Source: Rhodopila sp. (lineage in GTDB: Bacteria > Pseudomonadota > Alphaproteobacteria > Acetobacterales > Acetobacteraceae). Taken from it: a stretch of DNA of 64,000 bases. The notes below the pieces were generated by a model. The model was not told the origin of the DNA. It did no database searches and saw only the letters and a program-made list of their open reading frames with translations. Below, one piece after another: positions 9,152 to 17,106 of the stretch; the first letter of the stretch is position 1; the number at the start of each line of letters is the position of its first letter. The position numbers were made by a program, and so were the translations under genes. The DNA is taken from contig CBDIDA010000002.1 of the NCBI GenBank assembly GCA_965277505.1, positions 91,629 to 155,628 of the forward strand. Direction: 5' to 3'.

Positions 9152-9482
9152 CTAGGGCGGTTTCGATGAAAACCGCTGCGACAGCACGATGACGGCTGCC
9201 GACAGGATGCAGGCTGGCGCGGCGAGGAGTTCGGGAGCCGTCACGCGTGTGCTTTCTGCGCTGCGGGCAAGTCCGGACGTGACGCGAGCCCTTCGACCTT
9301 CAGCCATAGCTGGAGAGAAAGAAACACCGTCGACAAGACGACCACGCCCGTTCTGAAGACGGTGCCCAGATCCGTGCTGCGGCCGAACGGCAGCGTGACT
9401 GGTAGCCCTGCAGCGAGGCACAAGTAATCAGGCCGAGCAGAAACAGCGCCCACAAAATGAGGTCGAACCTAATGTGGGTCAT
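9152..9482 (-). pseudogene. decayed fourth VUT-like paralog (internal deletion plus frameshifts)
   Basis: It starts with MTHIRFDLILWALFLLGLIT, compared with MTHLDLNLALIA... in paralogs 2 and 3. Its ATG overlaps the stop of ORF 9479..9775 (ATGA). Downstream fragments in two other frames resemble VUT motifs: LPFGRSTDLGTVF, and ACILSAAVIVLSQRF at the C-terminus. The total span is about half the length of an intact copy. Confidence 0.4.
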
Positions 9483-9775
9483 TGGCCGGTGAGGCTCAGC
9501 AGGCGTTTGATCAAGACATCGAAACCAAATGCGCCGGATGCGCCGAGCGCGCCCGAAAGAACATTGGCCCACTGCTGATGATCGGTGGCCTGAGCCAGCG
9601 CCGTGCCCATGAAGCCCATGAACCCACCCATCACGATGATGAACAGGAAATGCACTGCGACCCAGCGCGCCCGGCCTTGCATAATTTCGGAGAACCAGCG
9701 CGCGGCGGCGCCCACGGCACCAACCAAGGTGCCGACGGCGCCGGCAGTAAGCTCCGGCCATGAGTTCAGTTCCAC
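9479..9775 (-). CDS. small membrane protein A2, holin-like (3 TM, basic loop, glycine-zipper last TM plus basic tail)
   Basis: 98 aa. TM1 AGAVGTLVGAVGAAA, then loop QGRARW, then TM2 VAVHFLFIIVMGGFMGFMG, then VLSGALGASGAFGFDVLIKRLLSL. The C-terminal motif is shared with A1. Confidence 0.5.
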   Translation of the reverse strand: MELNSWPELTAGAVGTLVGAVGAAARWFSEIMQGRARWVAVHFLFIIVMGGFMGFMGTALAQATDHQQWANVLSGALGASGAFGFDVLIKRLLSLTGQ

Positions 9776-10338
9776 GCTGCGGCGCCACAGGTCAGGCCGC
9801 AGTTGCGACAGCGAGGTTGTAATCGGCCAGACAGCGTAAGGCTAGCTAGTTGGTAAATGAAAGCAATGGGTTCTCGCTGCGAATGGTCGGTGGCGCTGCT
9901 TGCGCTGATGGCAAGGCGAATGACGCCGTCCGGCGTGCTCATGTTGAAGATCCTGCGGGAAGAAGCGTTGGACAGTTCATCGTGCGGGGGATGGAAGGTG
10001 TTCTTGGGGTTTCGGAATGACATCGGACGGGACTGACCGGCGACATTCAGCAGTGCCCATAGCTGAAGGCGGGTCAGATGGGTTGCGCGGGGGTCGTCTG
10101 GGGGTTGTGGGGGCTTGCATTCCGGCAGGTCTTCGGGAATGCAGGCGGCGTGTGGGATCAGCCATATCTTGAAACGTGCTGCCGCTCTGCGTTGCACCGA
10201 CTTTTTCTCAGCGGTCAGGCTGGGCGTCCGTCGGGCTTGATGGATCATCCTTGCCAAAGCCGGCTGCGCGGCATGGGCTTGTGCCGGCTGGGGGATGACG
10301 GGCGGTTCCGGATTTCCATTAGCGGACTTGAGCGTCAT
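9766..10338 (-). CDS. hypothetical protein (Pro-rich N-terminus, C-terminal CRNCGLTCG)
   Basis: 190 aa counted from the ATG at 10338 (a GTG at 10359 is also possible). Its 3' end overlaps the A2 start by 10 nt. I recognise no family. Codon usage is somewhat less GC-biased than in the core genes. Confidence 0.4.
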   Translation of the reverse strand: MTLKSANGNPEPPVIPQPAQAHAAQPALARMIHQARRTPSLTAEKKSVQRRAAARFKIWLIPHAACIPEDLPECKPPQPPDDPRATHLTRLQLWALLNVAGQSRPMSFRNPKNTFHPPHDELSNASSRRIFNMSTPDGVIRLAISASSATDHSQREPIAFIYQLASLTLSGRLQPRCRNCGLTCGAAAWN

Positions 10339-10581
10339 GGGAACGAGGTGCTTCCCCACAAACCATTAGCCAAATAGCGACCAGATCATAGCCATTGCGG
10401 CGTCGTATTCGACGTTGTCTCCGATTTTGGCAGATGCTTGGCCAACGTGTCGCGTATACCGCGCCGATGCTCCTTTATCGCCAATCACAGCGAAGGGATA
10501 CGTTTACATTATGCCGGAAGTGGCTGATTCATGGGGCGAAGCGTGGCTGCCACGGGTCTCCCGCTGCTACGCGATCGAATG

Positions 10582-10818
10582 CTAGGACAGCGGCGCGGTG
10601 ACGACCGTCTGGACGTCAGCCAGGGTCACGCACAGGATACGCGCACCATCAGTCGCGGTGATCATGATCAGGTCGCCTACGGTCAGCATGTCGCTGGCGT
10701 CGGCGAGGTAGTTGGCACTGCTGATCGCCTGCAGATTGTCCTTGGCCGATTTGTAGTGCCAAAGCGTGAAACCGTTCGCGTAAGCGAGCACCGACAGATT
10801 GCGGATGGCGAGGGCCAT
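10582..10818 (-). CDS. small conserved-looking hypothetical protein (78 aa)
   Basis: An internal ATG at 10818 is preceded by AAGGA about 6 nt upstream. Product begins MALAIRNLSVLAYANGFTLWHYKS. The extension of the longer ORF up to 10905 runs through a terminator hairpin and is unlikely to be coding. Confidence 0.55.
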   Translation of the reverse strand: MALAIRNLSVLAYANGFTLWHYKSAKDNLQAISSANYLADASDMLTVGDLIMITATDGARILCVTLADVQTVVTAPLS

Positions 10819-10834
10819 GGCGAGGTCCTTACAT

Positions 10835-10865
10835 AAAAAAAGCCGCGTCCTTTGGGACAGCGGCT
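10835..10865 (-). terminator. intrinsic terminator-like hairpin plus U7 tract inside the leader of the 78-aa gene
   Basis: The minus strand reads AGCCGC-tgtcccaaaggac-GCGGCT followed by TTTTTTT. It ends about 17 nt before the ATG at 10818. Confidence 0.6.
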
Positions 10866-10924
10866 GCTGGAGTTGAACGGGGGATGAGGCTATCGAAGGG
10901 CGCACCTCGCCCGTTGATACGAAT

Positions 10925-10954
10925 ACATTACGAGAACGATAGCCACTCTGTCAA
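10925..10954 (-). promoter_or_regulatory. sigma70-like promoter (TTGACA - 18 nt - TAATGT)
   Basis: Read on the minus strand within an AT-rich stretch: ttatcgTTGACAgagtggctatcgttctcgTAATGTattc. This predicts a transcription start near 10917-10919. Confidence 0.45.
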
Positions 10955-11084
10955 CGATAATTTTCCTATGATTGTTATTCTTAAGAAAGACAATATAGAT
11001 AACACATCGCAACAATTTTGCGGTGCTTTGTTAACGGCGGTGGTGATTCGGCTGGTCTCCCGATAGCTCTGCGGCCGCGGCCGC

Positions 11085-11537
11085 TTACGCCACGATCCCC
11101 TTGACGCGCAGTGGCCATTCCAAGCGCTCCAGCGCTTCGACCCAGAGTTGATGATCGCGCCTCTCAGCAGCCACTCGCGGGCATGGGGCGATCTGGCGCT
11201 CACCCCAGATGCGCAGGATACGGGCGTGCGTAAGGTCGATACGTTGCTGGCGGTATAGTCCGTCAAGACATTTGACCACGTCGTCGGGATCGCACGGGCG
11301 GGTCACCTGGCCTTTATTAGCGGTGTAACGGGCGCCGTCACGCCGGGCAATCAGCGCTGCCATGGTCCACAGCCAGGCATCCTCGCCGCTGCCAAACGGC
11401 TGTGTGCCGGAGACGCTGCGTGGATAGGAGGCGGCGGATTCGTCGGGCGCATCCGGTCGCTTGCCGAGGTGCAATGTGACGGACTTAGACTTGGTGGAAT
11501 GGGATGTCAACATGTTGGGGCGGGCGGCAAGCGGCAT
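11085..11537 (-). CDS. hypothetical protein (150 aa)
   Basis: The ORF shows coding-like composition. Its C-terminal half (LTHARILRIWGERQ...HQLWVEALERLEWPLRVKGIV) looks like a conserved small regulator, but I cannot name a family. It is transcribed divergently from the S24 repressor gene. Confidence 0.5.
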   Translation of the reverse strand: MPLAARPNMLTSHSTKSKSVTLHLGKRPDAPDESAASYPRSVSGTQPFGSGEDAWLWTMAALIARRDGARYTANKGQVTRPCDPDDVVKCLDGLYRQQRIDLTHARILRIWGERQIAPCPRVAAERRDHQLWVEALERLEWPLRVKGIVA

Positions 11538-11598
11538 GGCAGAGCGTTCCAGGTTGTTTCTCTACGCGAAAGTCCGCGCGTTAGCATATAACCATAGG

Positions 11599-11614
11599 TT
11601 GCATACAAATGCAA
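11599..11614. promoter_or_regulatory. candidate operator palindrome TTGCAT-acaa-ATGCAA in a divergent promoter region
   Basis: A perfect 6-bp inverted repeat read directly from the sequence. It lies between the divergent genes 11085..11537 (-) and 11731..12381 (+). Confidence 0.25.
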
Positions 11615-11730
11615 GTAAACCTGGTTGATTTTCCTATTTCCATCGGCAGCAATTCCTAACATAATCGCGCCACGACGATTCGCCGCCGTCAATCAAGGTT
11701 GCCGACGTGCCCGCGCACAGGAGTTGACTG

Positions 11731-12381
11731 ATGAAGCATGAGGATGTCTGGCGTGCCATTGATACTCTGGCGGCCGAAAATGGTCTGTCCGCCTCGGGCC
11801 TTGCCAAGCGATCCGGACTGGACGCGACGACGTTCAATCCGTCGAAGCGGCGGATGCCGGATGGGCGGGCGCGCTGGCCAAGCACGGAAAGTGTCGCCAA
11901 GGTGTTGGATGCGACGGGTGCGTCACTGGAGAGTTTCACATCATTAGTGTCCGGGGCGCGGGCGCTGGCCAGCAGCAGCACGGGCCGCGCCGTTTCACGC
12001 CGGGTGCCGCTGATCGGTCTGGCGCAGGCCGGCGGCGAAGGCTATTTCGACGACGGGGGCTATCCGGTCGGCGGCAGTTGGGACGAGGTCAGCCTGCCGG
12101 AGATCGCCGATCCCAACGCCTATGCGCTGGAGATCAGCGGCGAGTCGATGGAGCCGGTTTTTCGTGACGGCGACCTGGTGATCGTCTCGCCCACCGCGCC
12201 GATCCGCCGCAGCGACCGGGTGGTGGTGCGCACCGTGGGCGGTGAAGTGATGGCCAAGCAACTTGCCCGCCGCTCTGCCCGTCGGGTCGAGCTCAAGAGC
12301 CTCAATCCCGAGCATTCGGACTACAGCTTCGACCTGGCCGACGTTGCCTGGATCCATCGCATCGTCTGGGCTAGCCAGTAG
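11731..12381 (+). CDS. HTH plus peptidase S24 (LexA/phage cI-like) transcriptional repressor
   Basis: 216 aa. N-terminal HTH-like segment LSASGLAKRSGLDATTFN. C-terminal S24 fold motifs: ISGESMEPVFRDGDLVIVSP, and a Lys in EVMAKQL. Confidence 0.8.
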   Translation: MKHEDVWRAIDTLAAENGLSASGLAKRSGLDATTFNPSKRRMPDGRARWPSTESVAKVLDATGASLESFTSLVSGARALASSSTGRAVSRRVPLIGLAQAGGEGYFDDGGYPVGGSWDEVSLPEIADPNAYALEISGESMEPVFRDGDLVIVSPTAPIRRSDRVVVRTVGGEVMAKQLARRSARRVELKSLNPEHSDYSFDLADVAWIHRIVWASQ

Positions 12382-12525
12382 TGGCCGCGGACGGGCTGCT
12401 GGGTGCCGATGTGGGCGATCTCGGGCCGGCTTCACGGGTGCGCGCGCCAGGGTTGGATCAGGCTGGATTTCCTTTGACGAGGCGGCGCATTCGTGTGTCA
12501 GATCGTCGGCAGGAGGGCTGCTTGC

Positions 12526-13266
12526 ATGGGCCGGATCGCCTGGATGCCGAGTGCCGCGCTTATGCTGCTGCTGGCGGTGGCGCCGGCCCGAGCGGAAGAC
12601 GTCGACGTGGCGCTTGTGTTGGTGACGGACGTTTCGCGCAGCATCGACGACAGTGAGTTTGCCCTGGAGAAGGATGGCTATGCCGCCGCGTTCACCAGCG
12701 AGAAGGTGCTGGAGGCGATCCGCGGCGGCCCGAACGGCAAGATCGCCGTCTCCTACGTCGAATTTGCCAGCAGCTTTGAAGTGCGTACCGTGTTGGACTG
12801 GACGGTGATCCAGGACAAGGCCTCAGCCAAAGGGTTCGTCGATCGGCTGGCGGCGGCGCAGCGTTCATTCTGGGGCCGGACGTCGATCAGTGCCGGGATA
12901 GATCAGGCGATGCAACTGCTGTCTGAGACCGGGATGAATGCGTCCCGTCATGTCATCGACGTCTGCGGCGACGGCACCAACAACGCCGGTCGGGAAGCCG
13001 GGGAAGCACGGGATGACGCGCTGAAGGCCGGGGTCACGATCAACGGGCTGGCGATCATCAACGACCATCCGGTGTCGTGGACGTTCGCCCACGTGCAGCC
13101 ACCCGGCGGTCTGGCAAACTACTACCGTGAGAACGTCACCGGCGGCCCTGGGAGTTTCGTGCTGGAGGTGCATGATTTCTCCAGTTTTGGTGAAGCGATG
13201 ACCCGCAAGCTGCTCAGCGAGATCGCAACCGCCTCGCCAACGGGCAGGTTTGCGACGGGGCCCTAG
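12526..13266 (+). CDS. DUF1194 (vWA-like) secreted protein
   Basis: Signal peptide MGRIAWMPSAALMLLLAVAPARA. DVALVLVTDVSRSIDDSEF...VSYVEFAS...GRTSISAGI...IDVCGDGTNN...INGLAI is typical of DUF1194. Confidence 0.75.
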   Translation: MGRIAWMPSAALMLLLAVAPARAEDVDVALVLVTDVSRSIDDSEFALEKDGYAAAFTSEKVLEAIRGGPNGKIAVSYVEFASSFEVRTVLDWTVIQDKASAKGFVDRLAAAQRSFWGRTSISAGIDQAMQLLSETGMNASRHVIDVCGDGTNNAGREAGEARDDALKAGVTINGLAIINDHPVSWTFAHVQPPGGLANYYRENVTGGPGSFVLEVHDFSSFGEAMTRKLLSEIATASPTGRFATGP

Positions 13267-13505
13267 TGCCGCCTGTCGAGGGCGCGCGGCGGGCGGGGTT
13301 GGCTCGAAGTCGCCAAGGTATCCAGTTAGGTGCGTTGTGACGCTCGCGCTCTGGCAGTGGCGCAACGCGCTTCTGATTGACGCAACCTTGCTCAAGCTTT
13401 TTCATTGAGGCAGTGCGACGTGCCAGACCCCGGCATATCGGCGGCAGCACAGCCAGGCGTCTGATCTACTCACGATGAAGCCATTTGCGCAGCGGGGAGA
13501 ACCGA

Positions 13506-14501
13506 ATGGGACTGCTCATCAACGGCGTGTGGCAGGAGCATGAGACCGAGGTATCTAAGGATGGTCATTTCGAGCGTCGGGAGACCAGCTTCCGCGACTG
13601 GATCACGCCGGACGGCCGGCCGGGCCCGACCGGTCAGGACGGCTTCCGCGCGGTCGGCGGACGCTACCACCTGTATGTCTCTCTGGCTTGTCCGTGGGCG
13701 CATCGCACCCTGATCATGCGCACCCTCAAAGGCCTGCAGACGATCATCCCGGTGTCCGTGACGCACTGGCTTATGGCTGAACGCGGCTGGACGTTCGCCG
13801 TTGGGGAAAAGATAGTCCCCGACCCGCTGTACAACAGCCAGTATGTCTACGAACTGTATACGCGGGCAGACGAGACCTACACCGGGCGGGCGAGCGTGCC
13901 GGTGTTGTGGGATCACCACACCCAGACCATCGTCAACAACGAGTCGGCCGACATCATTCGCATGTTTGGGTCGGCATTTGACCAGGTCGGCGCAAAGCCC
14001 GGCGACTACTACCCGAAGCCACTGCGGGCGGAAATCGACGCGGTCAATCAGCGGGTCTACGGGACGCTGAACAACGGCGTTTACAAGTGCGGCTTTGCCA
14101 CAACTCAGGCGGCGTATGAAGCAGCGGTCAGTCCCCTGTTCGAGACGCTGGACTGGCTGGAGGACCGGCTGTCACGCTCCCGCTTCGTGTGCGGGGAGAC
14201 GCTGACCGAGGCCGATATCCGGTTGTTCACCACGTTGATCCGGTTTGATGCTGTCTACCACGGACACTTCAAGTGCAACCTGCGGCGGATCGTCGACTAC
14301 CGCAGCCTGTGGGCCTACACGCGCGACATCTATCAGCTCCCGGGGATCGCCGAGACCGTCGATTTCGGTCACATCAAGCGGCACTACTACATGAGCCACC
14401 GGTGGATCAATCCGAGTGGCATTGTTCCGTTGGGCCCGGTGCTCAGTCTTGATGCACCGGCAGAGCGTGGGCGGGACGTCGACAAACTGATCGTCTTCTA
14501 G
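13506..14501 (+). CDS. yqjG: glutathionyl-hydroquinone reductase (Xi-class GST, YqjG/ECM4 family)
   Basis: MGLLINGVW start like E. coli YqjG. GRYHLYVSLACPWAHRTLI is the CPWA active-site motif. NNESADIIRM and NGVYKCGFA are also present. Confidence 0.85.
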   Translation: MGLLINGVWQEHETEVSKDGHFERRETSFRDWITPDGRPGPTGQDGFRAVGGRYHLYVSLACPWAHRTLIMRTLKGLQTIIPVSVTHWLMAERGWTFAVGEKIVPDPLYNSQYVYELYTRADETYTGRASVPVLWDHHTQTIVNNESADIIRMFGSAFDQVGAKPGDYYPKPLRAEIDAVNQRVYGTLNNGVYKCGFATTQAAYEAAVSPLFETLDWLEDRLSRSRFVCGETLTEADIRLFTTLIRFDAVYHGHFKCNLRRIVDYRSLWAYTRDIYQLPGIAETVDFGHIKRHYYMSHRWINPSGIVPLGPVLSLDAPAERGRDVDKLIVF

Positions 14502-14660
14502 TGTGGTGGTTCCGAAGTCCGACATACTGGGGATCAGCCGCCGTCGTGCGAGCAGCACGCCTGTGGCGTGACGCGGAGTCCGAAAGCATAAACCACACTA
14601 GAAACAAACGTTCGCTAGTGTCCGTTGGACGCCCTGACACCAGAGCAATCAGGCCCGGTC

Positions 14661-15854
14661 TCAGATCGCTCCGGACTGCCGCAGCACGTCCAGCGCCTCG
14701 GTGCCGAGCCCCAGCCAGTCGCCGTAAATCTGCTGGTTGTGCTGGCCCAACGCTGGACTGGGCACGGGCGCGACGCCCTCGGTCCCGTGCAGGCGCAGCG
14801 GCGAGTTCGGCACCACAATCGGCCCCAGCGCAGGATGATTGATGCGCTGCAGCATGCCCCGTTCGTGCATGTGCCGGTCATTCATCACCTCGACCGCGTT
14901 GCGCACCGGGGCGGCAGGGACCTTGTGGCGCTTGGCCGCATCGGCAACCTCATGTTTGCCCAGGCCGATGGTCCAGGCGGTGACCACGGCCTCAGTGGCC
15001 TCCATGTTTTCGGCACGCGCCGGGGCGGTTGTGAAGCGGGGGTCGTCCTGCAGGTCGGTCCGGCCCATTGCCCGCAGCAGGTTCTGCCAGTGCGCCTCGG
15101 TGACGACGTGGATCGCCACCCAGCCATCACGCGTGCGAAAGGCATTGTATGGGGCGCTGGCCAGGCCGGCTTGGCGGTTGCCGGCGCGCGGTGGCACCTC
15201 GCCAGTCCGCAGGTGGTAATCGTAGCTGGAGGCGAGTGTGGCGTACACAGCCTCCTGCATGGCGACCTCGACCAGTTGCCCCTGCCCTGTCACCGTCCGC
15301 TGCAGCAGCGCGGTGACGACCGCGGCATACAGGTGGACGCCGCCCATGAAGTCGACCAAAGTCGGGCCGGCCTTCATCGGCGGCCCGTTCGGGTCGCCAG
15401 TGACGCTCATGATGCCGGAGGCGGCCTGGATGGTGAAATCCATTGCCAGGTTGTCGCGGTCAGGCCCGCTGATGCCGAAGCCGGTGCCCGTGGCGTAGAT
15501 CAGCCTTGGGTTAACCTGCGTCAGCACATCGTAACCGACCCCTAAGCCATCCATCGTGCCGGGCGAAAAATTTTCCAGCAGCACGTCGGCGCGGGTCACC
15601 ATTTGCTTCAGCAGGTCCTTGCCCGCGGTAGACTTGAGGTTGAGCGTCACGCCGAGCTTGTTGGCGTTCAGCATGGCGATTGGCAAGGTCGTCTCGCCGC
15701 CGGTGGCGATGATCCGCTTGCGCAGCGGCTCGCCGCCCGGCGGCTCGATCTTGATCACCCGCGCGCCGGCCTTGGCCATCAGCATCGTTGCATAGGGTCC
15801 CTGGTAGATCTGGCCGAAGTCCAGAACGGTGAGGCCTGCCAGGGGATTGGTCAT
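14661..15854 (-). CDS. CaiB/BaiF family (class III) CoA-transferase
   Basis: MTNPLAGLTVLDFGQIYQGPYATMLMAKAGARVIKIEPP, then ADVLLENFSPG, then the catalytic-Asp region. Confidence 0.85.
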   Translation of the reverse strand: MTNPLAGLTVLDFGQIYQGPYATMLMAKAGARVIKIEPPGGEPLRKRIIATGGETTLPIAMLNANKLGVTLNLKSTAGKDLLKQMVTRADVLLENFSPGTMDGLGVGYDVLTQVNPRLIYATGTGFGISGPDRDNLAMDFTIQAASGIMSVTGDPNGPPMKAGPTLVDFMGGVHLYAAVVTALLQRTVTGQGQLVEVAMQEAVYATLASSYDYHLRTGEVPPRAGNRQAGLASAPYNAFRTRDGWVAIHVVTEAHWQNLLRAMGRTDLQDDPRFTTAPARAENMEATEAVVTAWTIGLGKHEVADAAKRHKVPAAPVRNAVEVMNDRHMHERGMLQRINHPALGPIVVPNSPLRLHGTEGVAPVPSPALGQHNQQIYGDWLGLGTEALDVLRQSGAI

Positions 15855-15998
15855 TGCGTCTGCCTTGTGATCGATAGGTGCGGGCACGATAGGACATCCG
15901 CCGCGCAATTGGCGACAGGTGCCCTGGCGGCTGTGCAAAGGTTCATCCGACCCGTGCTGTCACGGGCCGGGATGCGCGGACGGCGCAGGTCTACGCTC

Positions 15999-16907
15999 TC
16001 AATCCGCCTCTTTGTTTTGGTTAAGCTTCAGGCGGTCTATCAGCCAGCGGCCGGCACGGCCTGGCGGGGTGGCGGTCGGATAGACCGTCATCATCGGCAA
16101 GACGAAGCCCTGCGGCGACAGATCCTCCAGCCACAGCCGCACCAGCCGGCCGCTTGCCAGGTCCGCTTCAATGGCGTTGCTCGGCATGCTGCCCCAGCCC
16201 AGGCCAGCGCGCAGGAAGGCAGCCTTGGCTCCGAGGTCCGCTAGTCGCCAGGTGCGCTGCGACATCACACCGAACTCCTGTCCGGCAGACAGCGAAGAGC
16301 GGTCGGTCAGCACCAACTGGACGTGTTGCGACAACACGCGAGCGGGCACCGGTGGCTTGCCAGTGGCCAGCGGATGCAGCGGTGACGCCACCATCTCCAT
16401 TCGCACGCTCAGCAGCCGCTCGGTCGTCATGGCGTTGGGCGCGGTCGGCTGCGAGCCCATGATGCCGAAGGCGCAGCGCCTATCCAAGACCGGCTGCAGC
16501 ACCGCGCCCAATGCCTCGACGTAGAGGCGCAGCGGCGTATTCGGAAACTCCACTTGGAACGCGCTGATCGCGACGGTCAGCAAGTCCATTGGGAACATCA
16601 CGTCGACGACCACCGACAGTTCAGCCTCCAGCCCGTCCGACAGGCTGCGCGCGCGTGCCTTGAACAGGTCCATGCCACTGACGACCCCGCGCGCCTCGGC
16701 GATCAGCGCCCGCCCATGCTGGGTCAGCACCGGGCGACGGCCGCTGCGGTCGAACAACTGTATGTGCAAATGGTCTTCCAGCGTCGCCAACGATTGGCTG
16801 ACGACCGATTGTGCTCGGCCCAGGCGGCGACCGGCGGCGGAGAAGCTGCCCGCATCGACGGCAGCAATGAAGGTCCGCACCTGATCCAAGGTCACGCCGT
16901 CCAGCAT
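15999..16907 (-). CDS. LysR-family transcriptional regulator
   Basis: N-terminal wHTH LDQVRTFIAAVDAGSFSAAGRRLGRAQSVVSQSLATLE and a ~300-aa LysR architecture. Divergent from wrbA. Confidence 0.9.
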   Translation of the reverse strand: MLDGVTLDQVRTFIAAVDAGSFSAAGRRLGRAQSVVSQSLATLEDHLHIQLFDRSGRRPVLTQHGRALIAEARGVVSGMDLFKARARSLSDGLEAELSVVVDVMFPMDLLTVAISAFQVEFPNTPLRLYVEALGAVLQPVLDRRCAFGIMGSQPTAPNAMTTERLLSVRMEMVASPLHPLATGKPPVPARVLSQHVQLVLTDRSSLSAGQEFGVMSQRTWRLADLGAKAAFLRAGLGWGSMPSNAIEADLASGRLVRLWLEDLSPQGFVLPMMTVYPTATPPGRAGRWLIDRLKLNQNKEAD

Positions 16908-17106
16908 ATCGCTCCAACCGATGGTAACGATCGAGATTTATAGGCTTTTTAGAGGGTAGGGCAAGCATAGGTTATGGCGGTCACTCAACATCTAGCCTAG
17001 GCCGCGCTGCGCATATGGCAGGAGGGACCCAATTGGCATGGCATTCATCGACCTGCTGCGCTGGTTCTGGCCTGACCGAGAACATGCAAACCAGAGGATC
17101 CCTGAA

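Noticed and set aside
10366-10488. Possible 40-aa minus-strand ORF (GTG start; ...GDNVEYDAAMAMIWSLFG) in the gap between the 78-aa gene and the 190-aa ORFan
   Set aside because: It has no Shine-Dalgarno, uses a non-ATG start, and is too short to judge from composition alone.
14625-15545. Long antisense or alternative-frame ORFs over well-identified genes. This one lies opposite the CoA-transferase gene. Similar cases are 25486..26409, 26476..27021, 33350..34312, 39947..40996, 60546..61520 and 61633..62502.
   Set aside because: Each overlaps a gene with strong family motifs in another frame or strand. Their products are low-complexity Arg/Gly/Ala/Pro-rich, so I treat them as high-GC artefacts.
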